Position numbers and translations under genes: made by a program. A DNA stretch of 64,000 bases from a virus. Where the stretch lies: positions 8,805-72,804 of the IMG/VR virus record IMGVR_UViG_3300012920_000028; one strand, written 5' to 3'. The notes beneath the pieces are model-generated. The model worked only from the letters and a program-made list of their open reading frames with translations, ran no database searches and had not been told where the DNA came from. Positions 28,726 to 38,580 of this stretch are shown here, one piece after another (position 1 is the stretch's first letter; every line of letters begins with the position of its first letter).

Positions 28726-30264
28726 TCACTCCCCGAACTCGTCAGGCTCCTTCGCAATGATGATGTTGTCGATGCGCAGGAGGAGCGAAGCCGTCGCTGT
28801 TGCGCTCTCAAGCGCGCTCTTCACCACCTTGAGGGGTTCAACCACGTTCTCTTCCGCCATATCCACCACGCCGCCGGTATAGACGTTCAAACCGGCATTC
28901 TTTGCGCCTTCCGCGTGAGCCTTCCTCAGTTCACGGAGCGTCGCAATTGGCTGAAGTTGTCCACTGTTCTCAGCGAGGGTGAGCGGAATGATTTCGAGAG
29001 CGTCAGCAAAAGCCTCGACCGCGAGGGATTCAAGGCCGCCCACGCTCGCGGCGTAGGTCCGGAGGTGTTGAGCCATTTCGACTTGAGAAGCACCGCCCCC
29101 GGCGAGAACCTTCCCCTCCTTTCGAGCGACGTGCACCACGCCGATAGCGTCGTCCATGGCGCGGCTGATTTCCTCGGCAGTCTGCTGGGTAGGGGCACTG
29201 ACGACGAGAGAAACCGCATTGGCGTTAGGGGTGTCCTTGAGAATGAAGAAGCCACGCTGACCTGCGCTGGCACTCACTTCCTCAATGCTTCCACACGTGC
29301 CGAGGTCTTCGACCTCAAGGTCTTCGAGACCGGAAACGATGAGAGCACCCGTAGCGTCGGCCACAGCCTCAAGATTGGAAGCAGCGCAGCGACGGCACGC
29401 AATGATGCCGTGGCGCGCGAACAGTTCCGCAAGGGCTGGGTTGATGTCCTTTGACGCAAGAACCACGCTTGCTCCGAGGCCGAGAATGTGGTCGGCCATT
29501 CCCTGCAAGAGATTGCGCTGGTTCGCACGGAAGGCCTCAGCGTCCTGCGCCGTGTTGAATTGAAGGTTCGTTCCCTTCGCCATTGCCGGAAGGTCGAGAG
29601 CACCGTCCACGAGCGCGATGGAGGCATTCTCAATGTCCGAAGGCATGGCGTTGTGCATCTTCACCTGACCGATGACAATTCCGTTCGGAGCGTAAGAGTC
29701 CGTGACGGGTGAACCGTAGCGAGGAATGATGTTGATTGAGCCCGGGGAAGCATTCTCCGTCGCCTCCACGCACAGGACTGCGAGATGGTCTTTCGACTCC
29801 TCAGCAGACTTCCCCGTCATGGCGGTCTTCGCCACTTCGAGAAGGTAGTCTTCCGCAGGAAGGGTGAGCGTTTCGGCAACCTCCTGACACTTCTTCAAGG
29901 CCAGATGGTAGCCGCGAACAATGGTCGTCGGGTGGACCTTCTTCGCGATGAGGTCCTCCGCTTGCTTCAGGAGTTCACCTGTGATGACGATTGCTGACGT
30001 CGTTCCGTCGTAGCACTCCTCTTCCTGCGTGCGCGCGACCTCGACCATCATGTGTGCCGTGGCGTGGGTGAAATTGGTTTCCTTGAGAATGGTGGCCCCG
30101 TCGTTCGTCACTACCGTACGACCGCTCCGGTCAACGAGCATCTTGTCCATTCCCATAGGGCCGAGGGTCGAACGGACCAATTCGGCGACAAACTTGCCGA
30201 TTCCGATGTTGACCTCTTGGGCCGTCTGCGTCTTCTGCTGCTTGGCGTCTGTGGCTTGACTCAT
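28726..30264 (-). CDS. Group II chaperonin (thermosome subunit)
   Basis: STLGPMGMDKML, TNDGATIL, YDGTTS, VHPTTI, AGGGA, VVEPLKV, LLRID. Confidence 0.96.
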   Translation of the reverse strand: MSQATDAKQQKTQTAQEVNIGIGKFVAELVRSTLGPMGMDKMLVDRSGRTVVTNDGATILKETNFTHATAHMMVEVARTQEEECYDGTTSAIVITGELLKQAEDLIAKKVHPTTIVRGYHLALKKCQEVAETLTLPAEDYLLEVAKTAMTGKSAEESKDHLAVLCVEATENASPGSINIIPRYGSPVTDSYAPNGIVIGQVKMHNAMPSDIENASIALVDGALDLPAMAKGTNLQFNTAQDAEAFRANQRNLLQGMADHILGLGASVVLASKDINPALAELFARHGIIACRRCAASNLEAVADATGALIVSGLEDLEVEDLGTCGSIEEVSASAGQRGFFILKDTPNANAVSLVVSAPTQQTAEEISRAMDDAIGVVHVARKEGKVLAGGGASQVEMAQHLRTYAASVGGLESLAVEAFADALEIIPLTLAENSGQLQPIATLRELRKAHAEGAKNAGLNVYTGGVVDMAEENVVEPLKVVKSALESATATASLLLRIDNIIIAKEPDEFGE

Positions 30265-30310
30265 GTCTCTCAGAAGGGTCCCCTATGCGAAGTGGGGATA
30301 AAAGGCACGG

Positions 30311-30766
30311 TCAAACGGCAATCCAATGAACCGTCAAAGAACCGGAAGCAGCGCACAAGAAAATACTGGAGCCGCGAGTGATTTCGAGGGTGAGGGAACT
30401 GCCAGCAACGAGGGGGAAACCTACGGTCGTGCTCGTCTGAGCATTCCCTACACGGACGGCGGCACCGTTGCCCGAGTCAGCAAAAAGGGTGATGCTACGC
30501 TGGGCCACGATGGGGACGATTGGATTATTGGTGCCGCCGGCGAATGCGTCGGAATAGAGGTCGTCAAGGTTCTTCGTCGAGGTGCCTACGGTCAATGAGA
30601 CGAAGCCGTATTCGGTGGTTCCCACCCTAAAGGTCGGGAAGGACTCCACCCCGGAGTCGACAGTTTGCATCTTCGCGAGGTTGGTGTCGGAATCAACAAT
30701 GCCCTTGACGGGGAAAGTCGGGGCGCCGATACCGGGAGCCCGAATGTTCAATGAGTCATCGGCCAT
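30311..30766 (-). CDS. Small beta-rich putative virion protein
   Basis: C-terminal GFPLVAGSSLTLEI pattern is typical of small viral beta-sandwich proteins. Confidence 0.55.
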   Translation of the reverse strand: MADDSLNIRAPGIGAPTFPVKGIVDSDTNLAKMQTVDSGVESFPTFRVGTTEYGFVSLTVGTSTKNLDDLYSDAFAGGTNNPIVPIVAQRSITLFADSGNGAAVRVGNAQTSTTVGFPLVAGSSLTLEITRGSSIFLCAASGSLTVHWIAV

Positions 30767-31068
30767 GTCGTATGCACGCTCCTCATTGACTTGAATGTTG
30801 CTGGGGCCATTCTCTTCGTGAACCGTACCCTAACGGGCAAGGTCGAGAACGTAATTGCGAAACAAGCCCGCCGCAGCGAGCCACATGTTGCTCAAGCGGG
30901 GTCGACGAGTCCGCCCTGCGTAGCACTCAGGGACTTCACGATGTCGGCGAGGATGTCGAGGCGCTCCTCGAGTTCGTAGTTGCTGACCTGCTGACTGAGC
31001 GTGAAGTTCAGATTCTTGTACTGCAGTCCCACGCTGATTGTCGTTTCCTTGATTTCTTTTGCCATCCG

Positions 31069-31671
31069 TCATTCCTCCGGTTTGTTTTCGTTTTTCTTGA
31101 ACCGTGGGAGGCGTTCTTCTTCTTTGGTGGGCACATAGGTGAACGTGCTTTCCTCGGATTGGGATTCCTCACTACCCGGTTCAGGTTGATGCACACGCCT
31201 CTTGGATTTATACCTTTTGTCTTGAAGACGGGATTCCTTCGTGTACTTTTCGTCATGCGCGCGAAGCCCGACGGCTTGCTCGTTGGAGAAGCGAACCTTC
31301 CTTTTGGTCTCCTTGGTTTGGTCCATTGGGCGGTCGAAGCCCATAACCTCGTCCCAAGGGTTGCCGAGACACGGGTTCGTCGCGGCGGTGTGACTCCATT
31401 CACAGGACATACACTTGACGACTACGACGTGCGTCCACGGCTGCGTGTCCCCACGCTGAGAAGTGCGAGCGATTTCGACTGCTCCTACTTCGTGAAACAT
31501 GCGAATGTCGACGTGGCCGCACTTGGGGCAAAACATCGGCTGCTTTCGGGCAGCATCGTCGAACAGTTGCTCGCCTTCCGGGTTGATTTTCTTTGCAGCG
31601 ATGTCGGCGCAAATGGGGCACCGCTTCTTCACTTCCCATTCATTTGCTCGGATTCTTTCGTCTTGCGCCAT
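31069..31671 (-). CDS. Zn-finger protein with charged tail
   Basis: CPIC, CPKC, CMSC. Confidence 0.65.
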   Translation of the reverse strand: MAQDERIRANEWEVKKRCPICADIAAKKINPEGEQLFDDAARKQPMFCPKCGHVDIRMFHEVGAVEIARTSQRGDTQPWTHVVVVKCMSCEWSHTAATNPCLGNPWDEVMGFDRPMDQTKETKRKVRFSNEQAVGLRAHDEKYTKESRLQDKRYKSKRRVHQPEPGSEESQSEESTFTYVPTKEEERLPRFKKNENKPEE

Positions 31672-31697
31672 TCATTCACCCCACAAGGTCTTCGCCA

Positions 31698-31928
31698 TCA
31701 GGCATCATCACTCAAGGCGCCGGAGTCAACGTATGCGTCCGCCATCGAACTCATCATGACCTCAAGCCATGCCGACATTGCGAGGTAGGCGAGCGTCTTC
31801 GTGTTCCCACTGAACGAGAATGCGACTCCCCCTTCACCACCCATCGCGATGAGCACGTCTTCGACGCCTTCGGCTTGGAGCCGTGCTCGGCAATCGTCAA
31901 TGATAGCCATAGCCTGCTCATTCGACAT
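31698..31928 (-). CDS. Small hypothetical protein
   Basis: GGAGG RBS, coupled to the upstream gene. Confidence 0.55.
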   Translation of the reverse strand: MSNEQAMAIIDDCRARLQAEGVEDVLIAMGGEGGVAFSFSGNTKTLAYLAMSAWLEVMMSSMADAYVDSGALSDDA

Positions 31929-32361
31929 TCGTCATGGCCTCCTTGAGCGCGGTGCGGACAGACCTCACGGACGACACGTGTTCGGCGTCGCATTCCCGGC
32001 TGAAGTCATGGTACTTCCACCTACGCAAGAAGACCTTGATGTTCGGCACGTGTTCCAATGGGTTCGCCACCCATTCCTCGACGTTCTTCTTGAGGTGCTC
32101 CACTTGGCTTTCCCTGAAGGAACACCAACACCGATGACACATCACCGTAGGACGCTCAAGAAGCGCGTAGCGCAGTTCGATTTCCTCCTCACCGGTCTCT
32201 TCCTCGAACTCCTCGATGTATTCCTCGACCTCGTGCTCCTCGACGATTTCGTACTCTTCATACTTCGCCGGTTCAAGCACGTGAGAGCGTGTTCCAACGC
32301 CACATCCTTTGCAGTTGCCGTATGGGCCACGGATATGCTCACGGGTGACGACCTTCATCAC
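31918..32361 (-). CDS. Zn-finger protein with Glu-rich insert
   Basis: CKGC...CHRC flank an E-rich tract. Confidence 0.65.
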   Translation of the reverse strand: MMKVVTREHIRGPYGNCKGCGVGTRSHVLEPAKYEEYEIVEEHEVEEYIEEFEEETGEEEIELRYALLERPTVMCHRCWCSFRESQVEHLKKNVEEWVANPLEHVPNIKVFLRRWKYHDFSRECDAEHVSSVRSVRTALKEAMTNVE

Positions 32362-32384
32362 CCACTCCCCTCGGCGGAGCGGAC

Positions 32385-32762
32385 TTAAATGCTCTTCATC
32401 CCAATGTAGGCGATTGCGAATCCACCGGGAGTCGCGACTTTCGGGTCAAGGTTCAACAGTTCAACACCTATCCAACTCATCGCCGACCCTACGCCAACGA
32501 GCGCGATAGCGCCAACCGCTTGCTGCATCCACCAATCGGAGTCCCGCCCTGCGAGGCCCGAAAGTCCGTAAAACGACCCTGCGCTCTTGTCCACGCCCAT
32601 ATAGAGCCCATTCCTTCGCTTCGATAGCGGGGCGGCGCTCTTCTCATACGCGGGGTTGAGGGCGAGGTTTGTGAAGTCGTTGGCCCACGTCCTCGCCATG
32701 GGGTCGTGCGCGTGCGGGTGATAGCGCGTCGTCTTGCGGTGCATGTCGTCGTGTCCCATCAT
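32385..32762 (-). CDS. Membrane protein (putative virion)
   Basis: YGLSGLAG followed by two hydrophobic helices. Confidence 0.6.
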   Translation of the reverse strand: MMGHDDMHRKTTRYHPHAHDPMARTWANDFTNLALNPAYEKSAAPLSKRRNGLYMGVDKSAGSFYGLSGLAGRDSDWWMQQAVGAIALVGVGSAMSWIGVELLNLDPKVATPGGFAIAYIGMKSI

Positions 32763-32763
32763 T

Positions 32764-33603
32764 TCACACCCGTTTGTATCGCCCGTCAATGAACGGCCTC
32801 TCTTCGATGGGGACTCCTTCGAAGGGGAACGAATCATAGTTCGGGTCCAGCAAGAATGTCGTCATAATGGTCGTTTTCCCCGATTTCACCCGCTTCTGAA
32901 GCGAGCGCATGGTGGAAATGAGAGAACGGTAGGTTTTGAGAGGCGGTGCGCTCCCGCTCTTCATCTTGACGCCGTCTACTTTCAAGTCCTGACAGGAAAG
33001 GGAGAAGAAACGAGAATGAGAAAAGTCGTCCGCATTCAGGTAGTCAAACTTTTTTGACTTGTAAGCCCCGCTCAACGGGGACCATCCCTTCGGCACGCGA
33101 AGGAGGGAAGTTCGAGGCTTGTCGAGTTCTTTCATGACCTTGACGGAGGGGGTCCCAAGCGCCAAGAGGGCGAATGCCTCAATCGAACGAAGCACTTTGG
33201 CTCCTTCCACGTCATCCCAAATCCCACCAGCAACCCTGCTGCTTTCCATGAACTCGATGTACCTGCACGGATGGTAAAGGTAAGCAGATACGCCGACAGG
33301 GTAGAAGTCCGGGGTAGGAGCAACGTCCCACCAAGGGCCATCAGTCAGCGCTTGGTTGACGACAAGGGGTGGATGGTGGTTGTCTCCCAAGTCTACATCA
33401 ATTTGGCGAAACATGACGGCTTTCGGGAAAGTGTTGCCAGCCCCAAGAAGACGTGTCTTTTCATCGTCAAACTTGAATTCCAATAATGGTTTTTCCCCGC
33501 TGAGTGTTTTTATCGCTCTCTCGTGGTCGGGAAAAACCCTCGAAGATGGGGCCTCGTGAATCGAAATGGTGAGCCCCGTGTCCATGCCCATCGAATCACT
33601 CAC
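32764..33603 (-). CDS. Hypothetical protein
   Basis: 279-aa ORF in the operon. Confidence 0.65.
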   Translation of the reverse strand: MSDSMGMDTGLTISIHEAPSSRVFPDHERAIKTLSGEKPLLEFKFDDEKTRLLGAGNTFPKAVMFRQIDVDLGDNHHPPLVVNQALTDGPWWDVAPTPDFYPVGVSAYLYHPCRYIEFMESSRVAGGIWDDVEGAKVLRSIEAFALLALGTPSVKVMKELDKPRTSLLRVPKGWSPLSGAYKSKKFDYLNADDFSHSRFFSLSCQDLKVDGVKMKSGSAPPLKTYRSLISTMRSLQKRVKSGKTTIMTTFLLDPNYDSFPFEGVPIEERPFIDGRYKRV

Positions 33604-33764
33604 CGGGTTTGGCTCTCAGCCCAAATCATTCCGGTGTTTGCGACGGTGTAGCCGAGGAAGGCGGTCCCAAGTCCCTTCCGGTTCTCACGGAAATGGAACA
33701 TGGCGATACCGAGGTAAGCCACCGTCACGCCGAGCGTGAGCCATTGAGACTTGCTCATCGCCAT
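33600..33764 (-). CDS. Small two-TM protein
   Basis: Read manually: MAMSKSQWLTLGVTVAYLGIAMF... (54 aa). Fills the gap exactly. Confidence 0.55.
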   Translation of the reverse strand: MAMSKSQWLTLGVTVAYLGIAMFHFRENRKGLGTAFLGYTVANTGMIWAESQTR

Positions 33765-34340
33765 TCAAGACACCACCATGTCGTCGGCCATTTCGGGAAT
33801 GAGGCCCGAGGTCATGTAGAAGTCGTGCACGTCCTTACTTGGAGCGGCTTCACGCTTCGCACCGAAGGTCTGCTTTCCGTTGAAGTTGGTTGGTGCGCTA
33901 CCGAGCCCGACGCCTTGAGAAAGACGGCGGCGGAGAGAAGGTGGGGTCTGCTTCACCCTTCCGAACATCTTCGGCTGCCCACCGTGTTCCTCCATATACG
34001 TCGGCGCGGTCATCCTCGGCATCATACCGTGAGAGGCGGACGTTGAGGTCGTGGTGGACGTGGAAGCACCAAGTTGTGTCAGGCGCTCGGCCTGACTGGC
34101 GTGCATTTTCGAAGCGGCCTTCAGTTCAGTCTGGATTTTCTCCAATTTCTCTTGTTGTTCATCCGTGATGTGACCGAGGCCTTCCCAAGTGGACGCATAG
34201 GGAGAACTTCCCTCGGGGGAGGTGAACGCTTGATACAGACGGTTGAACGAATACGCCATGCTCAGGGCGCCGAATGCACTCACAATGGGGTGCAGGTCAA
34301 TGAACTTCGAAACTTCGGCTCTCGACGGTAGTACTCCCAT
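33765..34340 (-). CDS. Putative virion membrane protein
   Basis: N-terminal hydrophobic helix (HPIVSAFGAL), ELKAASKMHASQA helix and LG/FG linkers. Confidence 0.65.
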   Translation of the reverse strand: MGVLPSRAEVSKFIDLHPIVSAFGALSMAYSFNRLYQAFTSPEGSSPYASTWEGLGHITDEQQEKLEKIQTELKAASKMHASQAERLTQLGASTSTTTSTSASHGMMPRMTAPTYMEEHGGQPKMFGRVKQTPPSLRRRLSQGVGLGSAPTNFNGKQTFGAKREAAPSKDVHDFYMTSGLIPEMADDMVVS

Positions 34341-34344
34341 TTTT

Positions 34345-34752
34345 TCACGCTCGCTGGTAATGATACAGGCCCGTTCCGGCGCCTCCGATGACGACTCCCC
34401 CTACCGCTCCTGCGATAGCAGCCTTCCCGATGTTGCTTCGGTTCACTTTGTACTTCAAGGTGTCCGCGAAGGCGAAATAGAGCACGGCCGTAGCAGCGCC
34501 CCCGATAAGAGCCGTGGACATGACGTGCTTCTTCGTGATAGGCTCAAGGACCGCACCGAGGTCGCGGTAGGCCATGTAGTCGTGAACCGCATTGAGGCGG
34601 TCGTCTGCCGTCGCCATGTAGGTTCGTGCCCACTCGTCCACATTCGTTTGAGGGCCAATCATCTTCTGCAATTCAGAAGCATTGGCGTCAAGCGAACGAA
34701 GGTGAGAACGAACCATGTAGTTCGAATGACGACTCACCGTCGCTCCCCCCAC
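34345..34752 (-). CDS. Putative virion membrane protein
   Basis: Helical N-terminal domain plus two Gly/Ala-rich TM helices. Confidence 0.6.
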   Translation of the reverse strand: MGGATVSRHSNYMVRSHLRSLDANASELQKMIGPQTNVDEWARTYMATADDRLNAVHDYMAYRDLGAVLEPITKKHVMSTALIGGAATAVLYFAFADTLKYKVNRSNIGKAAIAGAVGGVVIGGAGTGLYHYQRA

Positions 34753-35210
34753 AACTTCTGAACACCTGACAGACCGGCGAAGACCGAGTTGCCCGTGTGA
34801 AGGTCCACGAGGGACTGTGAGGCGTTCTGTCCGATAGGTGCTTGGTGTGGGGCGAAACGGTGTGTCGACGCGCTGGCTTCAGGCGAAGGGAGAGAAGGCG
34901 TCAAATGACGAGTGTCCCGATACAACGGGTCGCCAGCCTGAACGCCCACGGAACGGCCACCGGGGCCGTGAGAACCCTGACCGTTCATGTGGTTCGTGTC
35001 CCGGTAGAGGTCGCCCTTGTAGATGCCTTGGTCAGGACCCGGAGCATAGGGGCGAACGCTACCGAGGCGATAGTCGCCATATCGAGTCTGACGGTAGGTC
35101 TTTCCGATGACGGAAGAAGGGAGTTCGAAAAGCACCGCCCAGCCGAAAAGAGCAAACAGGATAGGATGTCGGTCAGCCACACTCAGAATAGGATGCTTGA
35201 ACTTCGCCAT
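34734..35210 (-). CDS. Putative virion membrane protein
   Basis: HPILFALFGW hydrophobic N-terminus, LYRDT repeated twice, ends FAGLSGV. Confidence 0.6.
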   Translation of the reverse strand: MAKFKHPILSVADRHPILFALFGWAVLFELPSSVIGKTYRQTRYGDYRLGSVRPYAPGPDQGIYKGDLYRDTNHMNGQGSHGPGGRSVGVQAGDPLYRDTRHLTPSLPSPEASASTHRFAPHQAPIGQNASQSLVDLHTGNSVFAGLSGVQKLWGERR

Positions 35211-35214
35211 TGTA

Positions 35215-36441
35215 TCACCCGTCGTAGGAAACGCGCTTCAAGCGCCGGACTTCTGCTGAATGAACGAGAACGTGAGGGTTGGTGTCAGCCTGAGAGGTGA
35301 CGACGCCGAAAGCACCGTTTTGACTCGCCCCGCTGCCGGGGCCAGAGGGGTCATAGGTGCGGACGCGGATAGGAGGGGGTGCATACTGAAGACCGGGGGA
35401 AACCTCCACCCGAAGACAGTTCGCGTAAGCGGAGCCACCATTTGTCGCGAACTTGGTCGGTAGGTTCACACTGTCAGTGACGCCTTGAATGGCGCCCGGG
35501 AAATACAGGTTCCTTCCGTCCTTGAGCCACATGCGCGCACCCGAGACGTATGTCCCAGCCGAAAGCGTAGCGCCTGCAAAGTCGGCGAAATAGATGTATT
35601 GGGACGTCCGAGAGGGCCACGTCCTTGCGTCGTCGTCGTTTCCTTGGACTCGAAGGACCGGGTCCACAAAAACGTGCATGGTGTTCGTCATGGCGGTCGT
35701 CGGGGCGGCGGCAACAGGGACGGGTTCTCCGAAAGAAAAGGTCGGCTTCCCGGCAATCCCCACATAGGGATGATATGCGCCGGGCGCAAGAGTAAGGCCG
35801 TTAGGCGTCATGAACGTCTTGTTCGGGACACCGGGCGTGTTATAGAAGTCAGGGGAATGGACGATACCGTAGGCGTTGTTCAGGAGGCTCGTTTCGGAGC
35901 CAAAAACATCATTGTGTGGAATCACGGCACCGCCGCTGAATCCAAGATTCTTTGGAGTGGCGAGGCCAGAACGTGAGGTGTACCCTCCAGCGCGGTCGGC
36001 ATCGAGGGGTTGACCGAAAACTTCCGTGGAGGGACGAATCCTGTTCCGGAGCACTACGCGAACGCGGCCGTCGAAATCTTCGGGGAGGTCAGGGTTGTAC
36101 AGCAAAGTGTAGCCGGCACCGGGGGAACCACCGTCAATCGCTTGGAAATTCGAAAGCAGGCGCCCCGTTTCGGGTTGGGAGAGCAGTTCAGCCGCGCTCG
36201 TGTTTTCATTCCGCCAGTCGTCGAGTTCCACATAGACCTCAAGGTAGGGGTTATCCGAAACCACACGGATTTCGTACAGGTCGCCGCGCTCCTTCGAATC
36301 GAGGAGGACGTATTCTCCACCCGAGTCAAGAATGAGGTTCCGGATTGACTCCCGAACCATTCGACGGTCAACGCGGCCTTTCTGCGTGACGTAAGGGGCA
36401 TTATCCGCGACATTCGCGGCGATGATGCTTTCTTCAGACAC
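35215..36441 (-). CDS. Putative structural (vertex/penton-like) beta protein
   Basis: 408 aa, beta-strand rich, in the capsid cluster. Inference only. Confidence 0.5.
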   Translation of the reverse strand: MSEESIIAANVADNAPYVTQKGRVDRRMVRESIRNLILDSGGEYVLLDSKERGDLYEIRVVSDNPYLEVYVELDDWRNENTSAAELLSQPETGRLLSNFQAIDGGSPGAGYTLLYNPDLPEDFDGRVRVVLRNRIRPSTEVFGQPLDADRAGGYTSRSGLATPKNLGFSGGAVIPHNDVFGSETSLLNNAYGIVHSPDFYNTPGVPNKTFMTPNGLTLAPGAYHPYVGIAGKPTFSFGEPVPVAAAPTTAMTNTMHVFVDPVLRVQGNDDDARTWPSRTSQYIYFADFAGATLSAGTYVSGARMWLKDGRNLYFPGAIQGVTDSVNLPTKFATNGGSAYANCLRVEVSPGLQYAPPPIRVRTYDPSGPGSGASQNGAFGVVTSQADTNPHVLVHSAEVRRLKRVSYDG

Positions 36442-36456
36442 GCTGAATCACCCCCC

Positions 36457-37401
36457 TCACTTCGGGAAGTACTCAGCGAGCAGACTCCCCGTAGTCGGAA
36501 TACCGGCCGGATTGATGATTTTGAACGTGAGGCGTCCACCCGTGCGGGCTTTGATTTCAGCGAGTTGGTTCATGCTGAGTTCCACCACGCGGTATTTCCA
36601 GCCGATGAGGCGAAGGCGACCGTCCACGATGTATTCTTCCGAGTCGTTGACCATCCTGAACGTAGGCAGGTTGTTCTCGCCGTGCTCAATCCAGATGGAG
36701 TATTCCCAGTTCGGGTCGTCACAGGAGGAAATCTGCCCGTCAATGAATCCAGAGAGGCCGAAGAGAGAGGACGTTCCGACCGAACCTGATTCCGTCTCAG
36801 GCGCTTCGTCGAGCACGAACTTGGGTACCCCCGACGGATGGCGCAGGTACATTTTGGGAGAGACGAGACCGGTGGCGGTCCCGCGGAAGCCGAGGGGGAT
36901 AGACTGGTCCGCGTCTTCGTCGGAAGGGGGGAGGCCGGGGTCGGTGGCCGAACTCGCGACGAGGTATTCGCCGTTCGTGGTGTCCACGAACTTTGGCTGC
37001 TGAGGGATGGTCGGGCACAATTGGTAGAGGTGACCGAAGTAGGGTTCGAGGTCGTCGAACTTGATATGGCCCGAGTCGTAGTTGGGGGAAAGCACCGTCG
37101 AGGTGACGCTACCCGTAGATGGGGAACCGTTGGGGAACATTGCCGCCGTAATCGAATTCTGTCCGTAGCGAATAAGCGCCGCGTCGGTGATTTGGTTTGA
37201 CCCCACCGTCACACTGTGCGTGTCCGTGAAGAAGAGGTCCACCGTAAGTGCCTCCACGCTCTCAACGAGAACGAAGCGGTCTCGAATCTTGCACAGGAAA
37301 CCGGGTTTCAGTGCAATTCCTTCGCCGCTGCTGCCATGTCCTTGTCCAAACGGGGCGCCGAAGACGCTGCCCGCGCGGATTCCTTGATTTCCATTCGCCA
37401 T
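36457..37401 (-). CDS. Candidate jelly-roll capsid protein
   Basis: Beta-rich 314 aa ending RLRLIGWKYRVVEL, reminiscent of the last strand of vertical jelly rolls. Position fits. Confidence 0.45.
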   Translation of the reverse strand: MANGNQGIRAGSVFGAPFGQGHGSSGEGIALKPGFLCKIRDRFVLVESVEALTVDLFFTDTHSVTVGSNQITDAALIRYGQNSITAAMFPNGSPSTGSVTSTVLSPNYDSGHIKFDDLEPYFGHLYQLCPTIPQQPKFVDTTNGEYLVASSATDPGLPPSDEDADQSIPLGFRGTATGLVSPKMYLRHPSGVPKFVLDEAPETESGSVGTSSLFGLSGFIDGQISSCDDPNWEYSIWIEHGENNLPTFRMVNDSEEYIVDGRLRLIGWKYRVVELSMNQLAEIKARTGGRLTFKIINPAGIPTTGSLLAEYFPK

Positions 37402-37512
37402 GTTCTATTCCACCATTTTCTTTCTGTGAGGTGCGGCCGTCAGGCCTTGTGTTGGGGCACGTGCCTCGCCGGTATAAGCCTACCGAGCGACGAATGCCGA
37501 GGTTTCAACGTA

Positions 37513-37632
37513 CAAAAAAGTGCCCCCGCCCGGAGCGGTTCCGGACGAGGGCGGTTCCCATCCCCCGGGCGTCCCCGGGGGTGGGGTCTGACTACCCACG
37601 TCACCGTGGGTGACTACTCAGTCAGACTGAGC
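37513..37632 (-). terminator. Three stem-loops followed by a T-tract
   Basis: Minus strand: GTCTGACT...AGTCAGAC enclosing ACCCACG/CGTGGGT, then CCCACCCCCGGG/CCCGGGGGATGGG, then GCCC.CG.CCGGA/TCCGG.CG.GGGC, then TTTTTT. Confidence 0.7.
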
Positions 37633-37662
37633 AGGTTCTTTGAGCGGTGTGCGTTGCACGCT

Positions 37663-38547
37663 TCAAGCGACGCGGCAGAGCGACACGACGCTGATGATAC
37701 CGGCGTTGTTCGCCAGTTCGTCGTCGATGTCGTCCCAAGCGTAGTTGGTCGAAGCGCCCGCGGTTCCGTCGTTGAGTTGACCGATGGTGATGTCACCACT
37801 GTTCAACGTGTTGAGGTCACCCGCAGCGAAGTTGACGCCCGTGCCGGCGAAGCCGGCGGTGAGGGCCTCGCCCACTCCGGACAGGTCGAGCACACCGACG
37901 CCGCCGCCGGGGGCACCGGCGGTTGCCATCGTTGCGTTGACCTGCGAGTTCTCAAACGACATCTCCATTGCGCGCGAGTACACGTTGTTCCCATCTGGAC
38001 CTTGCACGACGCCGGCGTTGGGGCCGACGGCGAAGGTGTTGGGCGCGGCTTCTGCCAGCACATACGGGGCCAGCAGCGTGGCTGCGGGGCTCGCACCGTC
38101 CATGGTGGTCATTTCAATTGCGCCGACGCTCAAGATGGCTTCGACGTTGAACTTCCCGCCCGCGAAGCCGACCACGGTCCCGAGGGCCGTGGACGCCTGC
38201 TGGGGCAGGACGCTGCCGGACGCGACAGGCACCTCGCGGATGTCACGGACGAGTCCGTGGTTGTCCGCTGCGGTGAAGGTCGTGCTCGTGCCGCTCACGT
38301 CGCGTGCACCTTGGAAGATGCTCGCGGCGCTCCACGCCACGTCTTCAATGTCCGCGTCTGTGTCGTCTGTGCAGTAGATGAGGTCGGGCTTCAGCATGGC
38401 TGGCAGGCCTTGTCGGGCCAGTTCCAGCACGTTCTTCGCACCGTTCTCAGTCACGTTGTTGGTTGTCGCTTCGATGACCAGCAGGTTGGTTCGCACCACC
38501 TGCAATTGGGCACCGTAAGCGACGTCAAGTCCTCCGATTGCTCCCAT
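37663..38547 (-). CDS. Abundant structural protein (Ala/Gly/Thr/Asn-rich)
   Basis: 294 aa with strong C/G-ending codon bias and a strong GGAGG RBS. Confidence 0.65.
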   Translation of the reverse strand: MGAIGGLDVAYGAQLQVVRTNLLVIEATTNNVTENGAKNVLELARQGLPAMLKPDLIYCTDDTDADIEDVAWSAASIFQGARDVSGTSTTFTAADNHGLVRDIREVPVASGSVLPQQASTALGTVVGFAGGKFNVEAILSVGAIEMTTMDGASPAATLLAPYVLAEAAPNTFAVGPNAGVVQGPDGNNVYSRAMEMSFENSQVNATMATAGAPGGGVGVLDLSGVGEALTAGFAGTGVNFAAGDLNTLNSGDITIGQLNDGTAGASTNYAWDDIDDELANNAGIISVVSLCRVA

Positions 38548-38580
38548 GTTCTTGTCCTCCTTGTTCCTCCGAAGACAGCC

